Positions 1 through 18,420 are shown, numbered from the stretch's first letter. The stretch: 64,000 nt of DNA from the human T2T-CHM13v2.0 reference genome, Homo sapiens (GCF_009914755.1 NC_060926.1); one strand, 5' to 3'. Made by a program: numbers and translations. Notes: generated by a model from the sequence alone, not told the origin.

Positions 1-2089
1 ACTCAAATTGATGTATCATGTGATTTATTATTGTCTCTATGCTTTTGATTAATTTATGAATCAGTCAGTCACATAGTTCATGGTAACATGTCATGGTTAA
101 CATGTCAACATTTTACTGCATGTTAGGCAGAATTAAGCTTTATTAAATTTTGCAGTAAAATTAGTGTTTTTCTTGATTCTTTTGACGTGAAAAGTTACTT
201 CCTATGTTTCTTTTCAAAACCTAAGCAGCAAACTAAGAATTTTCATTTGTCATAGTTGATTTCCAAAAGGACCAGAAAAACTGTTGTAACATAATAGCTT
301 GGCTGAGGACACTGTACCGCAAAGCTGTAGAGTATTTTATTTTAATTAAAAATCATCTATACCTGAGCTAAAGAGAAAAAGGATCTACTGGGAGAAGATC
401 TGATGCTTTGTTCATCTTGAATAAGCAAATGTATATATTACACTTTACATGTTTTTCCTCATGTATATATTAAAATATAGATATAGTCTCAATGATGCTT
501 TAAATGTACATGTTAATGAACTTCTTTTTCTAAACCTAATTTGACAAATGTCTTTAATAAAAGAAAAGAAAGCAACTGGAACACCTTTGACTCCTTTGAT
601 ATTCTCCCTTACCTTTTCCTTTCCAAGTTCTGTAATTAAAAGTAAATATAATGGCCAAATTAAAATATTTCACACTGTTCTTTCTCATCAATTCTTTAAT
701 GTTTTCATCAATATTGGTTTTGTAATTATTTTTCACTGTCACTTCTGTAATTTATAGATTAAAAATTATCCAGATTTATTAAATTACTAGAATAGTTCTT
801 TTGCCCAAAACACTTTAATATATTTTTTAAAAAAGTAAACAAAAGCCCTCCTAAAACTATATGTTACATTTATTGTATTTGCCAATTTTGATTACTTTGT
901 CATGCTGTAGGGAAGTGATTACTGATCATTTATTATTAAAATATTGGCTTTCCTCTTGGTTCTCTTGGATTAAATACATATGGCTATAGGTTAGCTGGAG
1001 CACTGATGAAAATAAATTGTAAGCTCAAACTTCATTATCATTTGTAGCTTAAACATAGTGAATTTGATACAGTGTTACCTCATAATTTTGATGCTCTTTG
1101 CAGTAAATTTGATATAGAACAGTTGCTAAAGAAACCCTGTTCAAATGTGTGACCATTTTTATGGAAAACATCTGGGGTAATTATAATTAGTTCAGGATGT
1201 GTACTGTTTAAAAATAATCTTGAATTCATGGAGAATGAAGCATATCTTTTCCTTAGTGACTACAATAATCCAAATTAATATGAAAAAAGCCCTTTAGGTT
1301 ATTGGTAGCTATGCTTAGACTATGCTTTAGAATATTCCATACGGAAATGAGGAGTAACTTTTATGTAAAATGCCAAATTGGCACTTTACACCTGTTAGTG
1401 TGTTTCGTTTAGAACAGCTGTGTCTTTTATTATCAGTAAACAGATGCAGAAAGTAATGGAATGTTTTAAAGCAATATGTTAATCCTGTCTTCCACTACTG
1501 AACTGTCTCACAATATAGTGATTAAATATTGACTGTGCAGCTGTTACGTACAATTATAGAATTTCTTAGTTAATTTCTCCTTCCCAAGCTCAAATGCTTT
1601 AATATTTAGAGATCTAGTTTCTAATCTTAAAGTGTTTCATAATGTAGTTTATTTATTACAAATTGATTTCTGAAGAGAAGTTATTTGAATACTACAGAGA
1701 CAAATTCATGTTCTTAACATTCTTATTAAATGTTTCTATGAATTGACGAATGTTCTTGGTAGGATAAACAATTTAAAAATTTTATTTGTTTATTTTTCTT
1801 CCCTTGTTCATGAATATGAAGGTGATTATTGAATATAACAATTTTGTATGAAACTGCCAGCAGTAAGCTAAATAGGAAATTATGGCTATTTCATGAGACA
1901 TTTATGAACCAGAGTGTATAATACTTTCTTAGAATGATGAGTATGCAAGTTATTTCAATTATAATAGCCCTTTTGCAGTTTAATTATGTTTTAATTCTTA
2001 TATTTACCTTGTCAGAGAAGATATTTAAAATGTTGCTTCATTAATTATATGTATTCTTAAGCTTGAGGAACAGTTCTATTAGCTAAGAT

Positions 2090-2305
2090 TGTTATTAATA
2101 TCTAACATTTATTGTACTCTTAGTATATGAAAGGTATTGTGTGAGGCACTTTATTATAATATTCCTGCCCCATTTTATAGATGAGAAAATTGAAGCTTAG
2201 AGACATGAAGTAAATTGACCAAAGTCTTACAGCTAGGAAGTAGTAGAGCCTGGATTTAAACCCAGGCATTTTCACTCTCAAGCCTCTTGTTCTTAACAAC
2301 TTTAC
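2090..2305 (-). mobile_element. MIR SINE
   Basis: Reverse complement of the MIR core: CCCATTTTATAGATGAGAAAATTGAAGCTTAGAG...GGATTTAAACCCAGGCA. Confidence 0.8.
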
Positions 2306-2729
2306 ATTTTGCCTGCCATTGGCATCTAATATCAACATTATACTGAGGGGAAATTACGTGCGAAGTAAATTTTGACTGTTCTTTTTTGAAGCCACATTGT
2401 TCACTGCAATGTGATTATTAAATCGTTTAGGCAACTTGCCTAAAAAGAAAACGTAATTAAAACATGCATGGAAAGAGAGCTTCACTTCTTGGTATCTCCT
2501 CACACAATTACTGTGTTGGTAGTTGACAGTCTACACTAGAACTGTTTTTTTTTAACTCCCTTTATGATTTTACTCTCATTGTACTACTTGCTCAGACAAC
2601 TCCAGCAATTTATTTGTTCCTCTTCCTAAAAATAACCTTTGCTTCTTTGCCTCAAGAGTTTTAAAAGAGCAGCATGATGTAGTTTTTACCTATGTTACGT
2701 TATTTATGCATTAACCAGGCAATATCAGT

Positions 2730-2905
2730 TATTATCAAAACTTTTATTAAATGACATTCCTCTGTCAGGATAGTCATTACTAACTACTTCTATATTCTTA
2801 GTTTGTTATATCATTTGTCATAGGATGTAACCCCATTTTATATATGAAAAAACTGGGACCTAGAGATATTAAGTAAATTGGCCAGGATCCCAGCTAGCAA
2901 ATGAT
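2730..2905 (-). mobile_element. MIR SINE fragment
   Basis: CCCCATTTTATATATGAAAAAACTGGGACCTAGAGATATTAAGTAAATTGGCCAGG resembles the MIR core. Confidence 0.65.
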
Positions 2906-3464
2906 GTTTGTGTCAATTTGATTTTTTTTCTCAAAAGAAAAAAATTTGAAATTTAAAGTGTACAACTAATCATTTCTTAGAGGGTTTTAAGACTTCAAAT
3001 TTCACCAGATGGTTACTTAAATATAGTTTCCCTTGACACTGATGAGAATGCTTATAAGATTAACTAGGATCAGCAATGTCATGAGGTATTGCCGGGGGAA
3101 ATTTAATATATATTAGAAATCCATTATAAGGTAATTCTTAAGGGGCACAATGTTCTTGGTTGCAAGCTGTCTAAAATATAAGAATAGATGTATCTTTGCA
3201 TGCAATAAGATGAAATGTCATGTTTATAACAGATTTTAAAATGAAAAATATATTTTTTGCTCAATTTAATTAGCTATTCTGTACTTATTCAGCATTATCA
3301 TTTTATTTAAATTTTTATTAGTGTCTCCATCAAAACTAGTTGCCCAACACATAGAATATAAGATAAACAATTAAGCTATCACTTTATAGTGTGTAGCATA
3401 GAGCTTTCCCAGGCAGATATAATTATTTGGATTTTGTTTTTGTTTTACATTTTTGAAGTCTTTT

Positions 3465-4254
<790 letters not shown>

Positions 4255-4326
4255 AACAGAGTAAAATCTGGTTTCATTCACCGTATAATTTATAGTTTTC
4301 CGTTTTACTCTTCAGTTCATGATTGA

Positions 4327-5128
4327 TTTTTTGTTTTGTATGAGCTTTTAATTTTTTCATTGGAACAGGATTTGGGGGTGGGGATACTAAATGTGGCAGG
4401 GTTCAACAAATTTACATTTTATCAAAATAAGGTTCTTGAAGAATATAATGATAACATATACTGTAACTCTTATAGCACAAACCCTCATATTAATTGAAGG
4501 TCACAGAAAAATACTGTAATGATTTAAACAAAAGTTTTAAAATACATCAATGATGCAAGTTTCAAACAAAATGCAGTGATCAAAATACTTAACTGTCCTT
4601 TCATCAAGCTTTTACAAACACTGTCTTCGCTGTCTGAGCAAATCAGTTTTGGTTTCTTCATGGTCCTCCATCTGTCTTTTAACATGACACTTGTCCGGTT
4701 GTTGAATTTATAATGCAATAGTATTTTAGATCAGTTTCCCTCTCCATATTTCCTCATGCCAGATCTCAAATTCTTGTCTTCTTCTCAAAACCATGTCTGT
4801 TTTTTTTCTAGCTCGATGTTTTTCAGGAATTACTGGTTGACTCTTTGAAACAGATATTCTGCTTTCAGGGGCTCTTCTGCTTTCTTTTTTCTTTTTTGCA
4901 CTTTGAAGAGCTCTTACTCTTCTTTCTTTCTTATTAAGGTCTTATTGCTGGGCTCCACATTTCAACTTAGATAAGAAAAGATTCTTGTGAGACCTTTTTC
5001 TTGTATCCAAGTTAGCTTCAGTTTCTATTTCGGTATCATTACCATTAGGTTGATCTTGAGAAGTTATTGTTCTTATTCTTTTACTTTCTACTACTTTTGC
5101 TGCTGCCTTCATTAGAAAGGTTGATGAA
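4327..5128 (-). pseudogene. TERF1: 5'-truncated processed pseudogene of TERF1 (TRF1), PIN2 isoform; disabled
   Basis: Translates as SSTFLMKAAAKVVESKR...LDTRK-RSHKNLFLSKL and Myb domain HYKFNNRTSVMLKDRWRTMKK...DSED. No introns; 3'UTR with ATTAAA (4347-4352) and an A-tract remnant (4327-4338). Premature TAA at 4942, +1 frameshift near 4800, two Myb Trp codons changed to TGA. Symbol is the parent gene. Confidence 0.95.
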
Positions 5129-5790
5129 TCCACTCTGCCAATTTGTGTTTTTTAATTGATGGAGTAGGACCATTTACATTTAATGTAATTATGGGCTTTA
5201 GCCTGTCATTTTAGATTTTTTCTGTTTCTGCTGTTTTTTATTTATCTGTTTTATTTTTTCTGCTTTCCTATGGGTCATGTCAAAATTTTTTAGAATTCCA
5301 TTTTGACTTATCTTTAGTGTTTTTAAATATCTCTTTGTATAGTTTTTTAGAGGTTGCTCTATATATTACATTATATATACATAACTTATCATTGTCCACT
5401 AGTGTTGTCATTTTACTAGTTTTAGTAAAGTGTAGAAACCTTACCTCCCTTTATGTTTTTTTTACCCTCTCCTATTTATAATTGTCTTAAGTACTCTACA
5501 TATGCTTAGAGCCCCAGGAGACAATATTATATAGATAATAGACAATATTATACTTGTTGTTTCATCCATTAAACATAACTTACAAAACTCGATAGAATAT
5601 ATAGTATTTATCTATGTTTTTTACTTATCATATTTCTTTCTTCCTGATATTCCAAGGTTTCCTCTTTAATTGTTCTTTCTGGTTAGAGAACTTTAGCTAT
5701 TCTCATACAGTGGGCCTCCTAGTACCACACTCCCTTTTCCTTCATCTGAGAATGGCTTGATTTACCTGTCATTCCTGAAGGGTATGATTC
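5129..5790 (-). mobile_element. Old L1M: start of ORF2, inter-ORF region and end of ORF1
   Basis: ATCCACTCTGCCAATTTGTGTTTTTTAATTG...CCATTTACATTTAATG is homologous to the L1PA ORF2 start at ~62290-62350 in this window. Confidence 0.7.
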
Positions 5791-5829
5791 TCAACATCCA
5801 GTAAAAACACCCTAGACTCAATTATATTG

Positions 5830-6780
5830 ACTAGATATCACTTCACACTCACTAGTATGAGTATAATTTTTAAAAGAAAATAAGTGTTGGTGAGAATGTG
5901 GAGAAATTGTAACACTCATACATTACTGGTGGGGATGTAAAATGGTACAGCTGTTATAGGAAATACAGTTTTGAGTTAAAGAGTTAAACATAATTACCAT
6001 ATAACCCAACAATTCACCTCTCCAGTATATATCCCAAAGAATTGAAAATGGTAGTCAAATATATAGTTGTACACAAATGTTCATAGCAGCACTATTCACA
6101 ATGGCCAAAAAGTGAAAACCTAAATTTCTATCAATAGATATGTTGTCCACAAATGTAGTATATCTATAAAATGGAATATTTTTCAGCCATACAAAAGAAT
6201 AAAGTACTGGCACATAGTATAGTGTGGATAAACCTGAAAAATATTATGTTAAGTGAAAGAACCCAGGTATAAATATCACAACTGGTATGATTCCATTTAC
6301 CATAGTCCCCCCTTATCCACAGTTTTACTTTCCATGGTGTTAGTTACCTCTAGTTAACCATGGTCCAAAAATATTAAATAGAAAATTCTGGAAATAATTC
6401 ATAAGTTTTAAATTTTGGCACATTCTGAATAGTGTGATAAAATCTCGAAAGACTATACGTAGGGTTTGGTACCCTCTGCAGTTTTAGGCATCCACTGAGG
6501 GTCCTGGGACATATCCTCTGTGGACAGGGGGGACTACTGTATATGAAACTTCCAAAATAGGCAAACCCATAAAGACAGAAAGCAGACGAGTAGTTGCCAG
6601 TGGCTGGGGGAAGGGATAGATGGAGAATGACTGCTTAATGGGTGTAGGGTTTCCTTTTGAGCATTAAAAATGTCTTGGAACTAAAAGTGATAGTGGCACA
6701 ACAGTATAGTGGATGTACCAAATGTTAATTAATTGTGTACTTTTAAATAGTTAATGGTTAATTTTATGTGAATTTTTACA
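5830..6780 (+). mobile_element. L1MB-like 3' end
   Basis: GTGTTGGTGAGAATGTGGAGAAATTG, ATGTTCATAGCAGCACTATTCACAAT and AGTAGTTGCCAGTGGCTGGGG motifs. Confidence 0.85.
6300..6539. mobile_element. MER44/Tigger7-type MITE inside the L1
   Basis: TIRs CCATAGTCCCCCCTTATCC...GGACAGGGGGGACTACTG flanked by TA. Confidence 0.85.
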
Positions 6781-6782
6781 TC

Positions 6783-7110
6783 CTTTTTTTTCTTTATTCT
6801 AAAAAAAAAAACAGGATACATGTGCAGAACGTGCAGGTTTGTTACATAGGTATAGGAGTGCCATGGTGGTTTACTGCACCTACTGACCCATCGTCTAAGT
6901 TCCCTCCCCTTACCCCCACTCCCCAACAGACCGTGGTGTGTGATGTTCTCCTTTCTGTGTCCATGTGTTCTCAATGTTCAGCTCCCACTTATGAGTAAGA
7001 ACATGGGGTGTTTGGTTTTCTGTTCCTGTGTTGTTTGCTGAGGATGATGGCTTCCAGCTTCATCCATGCCCCTGTATAGGACATGATCTCATTCCCTTTT
7101 ATGGCTGCAA
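6783..7110 (-). mobile_element. Short 5'-truncated L1PA 3' end
   Basis: ATACATGTGCAGAACGTGCAGGTTTGTTACATAGG...CTCCCACTTATGAGTAAGAACAT. Confidence 0.9.
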
Positions 7111-7534
7111 CATCACTTTTTAAAAAGCTGCTAGAGAAAGCTTCACTTTATGTTGTCTCTGTAGAGTCATCTCTAGCCTGAGTGTGAGCCTGCTTGTGTA
7201 CATTCCTTATCCCTTCATCTTGCCCCTCCTCCATCCTCTTCCTCTATCTGCCTTCCTTCTTCCTTTTTCTCCCTTCCTCCCTTTCAGGGCTTTGATATAA
7301 AGTGGCAAGTAGCAGCCTACACACACAAACATTCTGAGTTTTTCCAACAAATTTCACTACACCTACAATAGTCTATCTTCCATGTTATTGTAGGATACAG
7401 TTGTGCCAGATTTGCTGTGGCTTAATCAGGATAATTTACTTTCCAATCTACCATTTCTATGCCCTCACCATTGCTGGTCAACCATATATTCTCAGTTTGG
7501 TTCTGGTAACACCCCACTTCCAGTATTGTATTTT

Positions 7535-7930
7535 ATATTAGATTTGTTTACTATAACATAAAAAATATAAGTGTATTCTTCTCTCATGGAGTCATCAATA
7601 TAGGACTGATATGGCAGTTTGAAGATGTCAGATTCCTGGGCTTCTACACTTTTCTTGCACTATCATTCTCAATATGTAACTTCCATCTCATGGTCTAGGA
7701 TGGCTGTCCTAGATCCTGCCATCACATTTACGTTCCCACCAGTAGGCAGAAGAAGAAAGGAAAGTAGAGAGCATTATGTTGTTTTCCTTTAAGGCACAAA
7801 TAGAAGTTGTACACCATTCTGCTCACACCCAGCAGCAAGCAAGGCTAAGAAGTGCAGTTTTTATCTGGATGGATATGCCTAGCTAAAATGTAGTGTTCTA
7901 TTCCTAAAGAAAGAGAGATGAATAGAGATC
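7535..7930 (-). mobile_element. MLT1J/K-like MaLR LTR, degenerate
   Basis: CTCATGGTCTAGGATGGCTG...GCCATCACATTTACGTTCCCACCAGTAGG resembles MLT1J. Confidence 0.55.
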
Positions 7931-8589
7931 TTAATGGATAAGAAGCAATCCTGCCCCAAGGCCTGAGGGTACCACTATTCAATTTATACATTTCTGCTTA
8001 ATTCCTGTTTTCAAGGCAACAGTTCAGTCCCACTTTCTTCTGTGTCTTGTGTCACAGTGTCTGAAACCTTTTTTGTTCAAATTCTCCAGCCCACAAATTT
8101 CTAGCATACTACAGGAGAAAGAAGGAATAGAAGAATAATGACCTGGCCAAGTGGTAGAAAGAGGAAAGATCTTGGAACCCAGTTCTCAGCCTGCCCACTC
8201 ACCCTGTCTTCCGGTACTTGATGCCTTCAAGGGTTAATGCTTTCTAGGATTTTCAGGGTGTATTGTCTTTCTTCTCATCAGGATAACTTATTCTGGCCCC
8301 TTCTGTTGTGCAAAGTCAATTGCTACACCTCCATCTACTTTATATCATCAGGAAATGTGAACTTTCTCACCCACTGATAGACCTTTTTTCTTTTTTCTTT
8401 GTCTTTGTGGAATTATACCTTTATGATTCCTTAACTATCATTTCAGCGGAATTTCTGCTAGAAGAAGAAAAAAGCATATGGTCAATTTGCCGTGTTTGCC
8501 TGAAAGCTTTATATTTACTATTTTGTGTGAAATGTGTTTTGTAACCACACCATACTTTCTGTTGGTACTGTTTGCCTTAGAACTTTAGT

Positions 8590-9842
8590 TTTAAAGGTGG
8601 TTAGAGGAAGACAAGCAAAGAAGGCTGATAAGAAATAGTTAACAAGAAAAGTCAGGAAAATGTTGTGTCATAGAAGTTGAAAGAAGAAATTATTTCAGAA
8701 AGAATAAAATGGTCAGCTGTGTACAGTGCTGCTGAGAGGTCAAATAAGATGAAGACAAACCTGTGACCATTGGATTTGACAACATGAAGTTATTGGTGAA
8801 TTTGTCAAAAATAATTTCATTGAAGTGATGAAGATCCCCAATATGGTGATTTGTAGAGATTAGGAGGTGAGGGATTAAAGGCATAAACTATAGGTATCCC
8901 TTAGAAGATTTTTTTAAAGGAGCAGAAAAATGGATGATAGTGAAGAAAGGTAGAGAATTATGGATAGATTCCATTCATCCTTCCTATTTTTAATATGGGC
9001 AATAAATAGCATGTGTATGTGCTAATGGGAATGTTTCAATAGAGAGGGAGTACTTCACAATGTAGAACAGAGAACAGAGTAGACCTAGAATTAGTTTGAG
9101 TAAAAGAGTAAGATCATCAGAATTTGTGTAGTATGATCAGCTGGCAGTCAGGAAGGTGTGCAGACATATCACCTTCTCACACATAATGAAGAACTATTAA
9201 TTTGTTCACCTGACATTAAACAGATATTATGAACACCTGGATATGCAAAGTACTGACTGGGTTAGGCTCTGGGGAAAGGGTGATAGTTGTCTCTGTCCTC
9301 ATGGAACTAGCAATTCATTAAATAGAGAATTTAAAATGAATTGGTAAGTATAAAGAAAGATAGGGGAAGTATAGGGTGCTGGATGAGCACATAGCAGAAA
9401 GGTTCTGGAAGAGGTAACAATAAAGTAGAAATGTGAAGGATTAGTGTGAGCTAGCCAGGTGAAGAGGGAACAATGAAATTGGCAGAAGAAATAGCATATA
9501 CAAAAGCCCAATAATAAGAGAAACCTTAAAGAAGTTCTGTTTGGCTGAAGCTCACTAGATAAAAGGGTAATAGCAAGAAAGGAGACTGAAAAGACAAGGA
9601 TCATATCATTGTAACTTTTGTTAAAGTGTTGGCTTTTGCTGTGGCTGGTCATTGAAACATTTTAAACAGGAATTATATCAGATTTTAGAAGAAAAACAAT
9701 TCTGGCTACTGCTTGCAGAATACATCAAAGGAGAGCCAGAAACAAGGAGACCAGTTCGAAAGCTATCAGCTTAATCCATAACCAATATGAGTTGTCTAAA
9801 CTAGACATGGGTATAGAGAGAAGTAGGTAGATTCAGCAGATA
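8590..9842 (-). mobile_element. L2 LINE fragments, left of MER82
   Basis: Purine-rich reverse-complement L2: GAGAGGTCAAATAAGATGAAGAC...CCATTGGATTTGACAACATG; GGAGACCAGTTCGAAAGCTAT. Confidence 0.7.
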
Positions 9843-10236
9843 CAGTTGATCCCTGCTGGTGAATTCTGTATTTGCAATTATGCCTACTCACAAAAATTTG
9901 CTTGTAACCCCCAAATCAGTACTTGCTGTACTTTCACAGTCATTTGTGGACATACACAGAGCAGCAGAAAAATTTGTGTTGTCCAATGCACATGTTCCCA
10001 GCTGAGGTTGAACAAGTCAACATCCTGCCTTCTTTTAGTTCTTATACTGTAAACAAATATCTTTTTTACCTATTACTTATTGCTATGTTTTTCTCATATC
10101 TGCACTTTTTATTGGTAATTTTAAAGTTTAACCTGGCCCTAACCATATTTTTAAAGTACTGTCTATATAGTGTTCCTCAGTGCAAGAAGGCCATGATGTA
10201 CTTTATGGGGCAAGTATGTTTGTTAAGATAAGCTTC

Positions 10237-10537
10237 TACTGGGTGCGGTGGCTCATGCCTGTAGTCTTAGCACTTTGGGAGGCTGAGGCGGATGGATTGC
10301 CTGAGCTCAGGAGTTCAAGACCAGCCTGGACAACACGTTGAAACCTTGTCTCTACTAAAAATACAAAAAATTAGCCGGGTATGGCAGTGTACGCCTATAG
10401 TCCCAGCTACTCAGGAGGCTGAGGCAGGAGAATTGCTAGAACATGGGAGGCGGAGGTTGCAGTGAGCCAAGATCGCACCACTGCACTCCAGCCTGGGCGA
10501 CAGAGTGAGACTCCATCTCTAAAAAAATAAATAAATA
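10237..10537 (+). mobile_element. AluS whose A-tail hosts the HNRNPC retrocopy
   Basis: Full dimer; TSD AAGATAAGCTTC (10225-10236) / AAAATAAGCTTC (12279-12290) encloses both the Alu and the retrocopy. Confidence 0.95.
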
Positions 10538-12250
<1,713 letters not shown>

Positions 12251-12369
12251 AAAAAATAAATAAATAAATAAATAAATAAAAATAAGCTTCATTATGGTAT
12301 GAGTTATACTGCTGTTAACCATGAGCTCAATGTTAGTGAATGAAAGGTGTGTTTAAACAGAAACACACT

Positions 12370-13116
12370 TTCTGTCCTAGACAATAATCTCTTCTCATTA
12401 TACTCATTTAACCTTGAGGGAGGGGGTTTCGCCTCACATTTCTGGCTTCAGAAACCACGTATTGCACATATGAAAGTGAACCCAAAGATTATCCTATCCT
12501 AAACTGTTCCTGAGATTCATTCATACCCACAAACAGACCTATGAACATGTCCAACTGGATGTCTTTTAGGAACATCTAACAATGTTGTGTGTTGACTGAT
12601 TGCTGAAAATCTGTGACCAGAGGCTCACAGGAATGTAGTCCTCGGTGGTTTAGTGTTCACTAATTCAGTATTCATAGCAACTTTATAAAATATAACTTAT
12701 GCAAATAATAAGAATCTACTCAAGTAATAGAATATACTAGACTTAATAGTTCCTTAGATGGAGGTAATGATGAATGAGAAATAAAAGATAATTCCCAGGT
12801 TTTTGTCTTATACAAGTGATAGTGACATTTATGAAAAGAGGAAGAGCAGTTTTCAGGGAGGCAGTAACCATAGGGGCTAGAGATAATAAGTTTAGTTTTT
12901 GACATGTTGAGTTAGATGTTCCTGAAAGACATCCAACTGGACATGTCCATAGGTTCATTTGTGGGTATGAATCTCAGGAACAGTTGAGGATAGGATGATC
13001 TTTGGGTTCACTTTCATATGTGCAATACATGTTTTCCGAAGCCAGGAATGTGAGATGAGACGCCCTAACCCAAGGTTAGGGTATAAGATGAGAAGAGATT
13101 ATGGTCTAGGACAGAA
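12370..13116. repeat. Inverted repeat with ~210-bp arms (12370-12580 and 12911-13116) and a 330-bp spacer
   Basis: Arm 1 TTCTGTCCTAGAC...GGAACATCTAAC is the reverse complement of arm 2 GTTAGATGTTCC...GTCTAGGACAGAA. Confidence 0.95.
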
Positions 13117-13400
13117 TTTTGAGAAATGTCAGTAAAGAGATGACTAAAGGAAGAGGGCATGCAAGGATACTAGAAGCAGAGTAGAGAGAGAAAAAATCAA
13201 GAAAATATACATTATCAAAGCCAGAAGAAAAGACCATTTCATGAAGGAAGGTGTTTGTATTATCAAATGTTATCAAGAGATTAAGGACTAAAAAGTATTC
13301 ATTGGATTTAGTGAAAAGTACATTTATAGATCTTTCTGAGGATAGTCTCATGAAGTAATGATGGAAACTTAATTATACTGGATTGAGTAGACTGTGAAAA
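12721..13400 (-). mobile_element. L2 continuation, right of MER82
   Basis: TAAGTTTAGTTTTTGACATGTTGAGTTAGATGTTCCTGAAAGACATCCAA is a typical L2 reverse-complement segment. Confidence 0.8.
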
Positions 13401-13661
13401 AGAAATCTGATTTGAAATTAATCTAGATACTTTTTCTTTAGTTTCTAAGTTTTCTGTTCAACTTTTGCATTATCATTGATATTCGGTTGATCACATATAA
13501 GCAAGAGATATAGGCATTTTTTCTTGACTATTTTCCAAGGATGAACCCACTAAATCTCACTGTTTATGGAGCTTTCCATTTCACTCTGTGGAAATGACAC
13601 AATATGTTCCATCTCTGCACAGATAGAAAGATGCGCAATGATTTTTACACTTTTTTTGTTT

Positions 13662-14559
13662 TGTTTTGTTTTTTGTTTTTTTGAGACGGAGTCTCACTCT
13701 GTCACCCAGGCTGGAGTGCAGTGGCGCGATCTAGGCTCACTGCAAACTCCGCCTCCTGGGTTCACGCCATTCTCCTGCCTCAGCCTTCCGGGACTACAAG
13801 CGCCCACTACCATGCCCCGCTAATTTTTTGGGTTTTTAGTAGAGACGGGGTTTCACTGTGTTAGCCAGGGTGGTCTCGATCTGCTGACGTCGTGATCCGC
13901 CCGCCTCGGCCTCCCAAAGTGCTGGGACTACAGGCGTGAGCCACCGCGCCCGGCCTTTTTTTTTTTTTTTTTGAGACGGATTCTGTCGCCCAGGCTGGAG
14001 TGCAGTGGCACGATCTCGGCTCACTGCAAGCTCTGCCTCCCAGGTTCACGCCATTCTCCTGCCTCAGCCTCCTGAGTAGCTGGGGCTACAGGCGCCCGCC
14101 ACCATGCCCGGCTAATTTTTTGTATATTTTTTAGTAGAGACGGGGTTTCACTGTGTTAGCCAGGATGGTCTCGATTTCCTGACCTCATGATGCGCCCGTC
14201 TTGGCCTCCGAAATTGCTGGGATTATAGGCATGAGCCACTGCGCCCGGCCTAATTAATTGTTTTTCTAAGAGCAAGGATCTTACTTTGTTGCCCAGGCTG
14301 GAGTCCAGTGGTGTGATCATAGCTCACTGCAGCCTCAAACTCCTGGATTCAAGTGATCCTCCTACCTCAACCTCCCAAGTAGCTAGGGCTATAGATGCAC
14401 ACCACCATGCCTGGTTAATTTTTTTTATTTTTATTTTTTGTAGAGACAGATCCCTGTCTCTCTGTTGCCCAGGCTGGTCTTGAACTCCTGACCTCAAGTG
14501 ATCCTCCCACCTCAGCCTCCCAAAGTACTGGGATTACAGGCATGAGTTCCCATGCCCAG
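13662..14559 (-). mobile_element. Three head-to-tail Alus: AluY-like 13662-13953, AluY-like 13955-14250, AluJ 14260-14559
   Basis: TTCACGCCATTCTCC (Y diagnostic) in the first two; GATCATAGCTCACTGCAGCCTC (J) in the third. Confidence 0.92.
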
Positions 14560-14839
14560 CAATGAACTTAATTTTGCAATACCTTTGCTACTTTAAATAT
14601 TCAGTACTCAGGCTGAAATCTCAGTTCTATGCTCTTTCTTTTCTGCTAACTATAAAAGTTTAGAATAGCTTAATATATTATACACTTTTGGTCAGAGAGT
14701 GAATAGTTTATAGAGTATAGAGGAGTTTTTTTAAAAATGAAATCGAATTAACAGTTGAACATTCACATTTCAAGAACAAAGTGAAAAATAGTGTACAAAT
14801 AAGTTTTAGTGAGAATAATATTGATTTTATGCAGCTATT

Positions 14840-15712
14840 CTTTTCTTTTTAACTTTTAATGTGCGATAATGGTAGACTTACAAAAATAGTATGAAGAATT
14901 CTGTATACACTTCACCCAGATTCTCAAAATATTAACGTTTTACCACATTGCTTTACCATTCTTTCTTTTCTCTGAAACATTTTGAAGATTTTAAGTTGTA
15001 CACATGATGCTCCTTAACCTCTAAACAGTTCAGTGTTTTTTCCCTAAAAATAAGGATATTCTCTCGTGTAATCTTAATACAGTCATCAAATCAGGAAATT
15101 AACATTGATATAGTACTATTGTCTAGTATATAAGCCTGTGCTGTTCAGTCTGGTGGCCACTAGCCATATGTGGCTATTTAAATAAATTAAATACATTAGA
15201 AATTCAGTTTCTCATTTCAGGCACTCAGCAGTCCAGTGGTTATTGTATTGGAGAGCATAGATATAGAACACTACCATCATTGCAGAAAGTTGTATTTGTA
15301 ATGCTCTAGACATTCAAATGTTGCCAGTTGTCCCATTAATGTCTTTTGTAGTAAGTAAAAGATGATTTTTTTCCTGTTTCAGGAATGATTGCGCAATCAA
15401 GTGACATTTAGATTTCATGTCTTTTTAGTATTGTTTAATCTGGAATTGTTTACAGAATTAATTTATCTTTCAGGTCCTTAACATTTTTCAAGAGTTACAG
15501 GCCTGTTATTTTATGAAATGTGCCTTATTTGGAGTTTGGTGTTTCCTTCAGATTAGTATCAGATATTGGATATTCAGGAACAATACTACAGAAATGCATT
15601 TGTGTCTTTTTCAGTGAATCATATTTGAAGGCCCATTATATCAATTTTTCTTGTTACTGGTAATGTTAACATTGATTTATCAGGTTCATTGATCTATTTC
15701 CATTGTAAAGTT
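14840..15712 (-). mobile_element. L1MC-like 3' region with a MER3-like hAT insert (~15135-15308)
   Basis: ATCAGGAAATTAACATTGATATAG (L1MC); GGCCACTAGCCATATGTGGCTATTTAAA...ATCATTGCAGAAAGTT (MER3). Confidence 0.7.
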
Positions 15713-15720
15713 GGAGAAGC

Positions 15721-18420
<2,700 letters not shown>

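Noticed and set aside
4524-4718. 64-aa ORF with the end of the TRF1 Myb domain as a possible micro-protein
   Set aside because: Non-ATG start, only the last helix, and upstream Trp codons are stops
13063-13081. CCCTAACC-CAA-GGTTAGGG, telomere-like hexamers near a TERF1 pseudogene
   Set aside because: Single hexamers in an 8-bp hairpin, not a telomeric array; any link to TERF1 is coincidental
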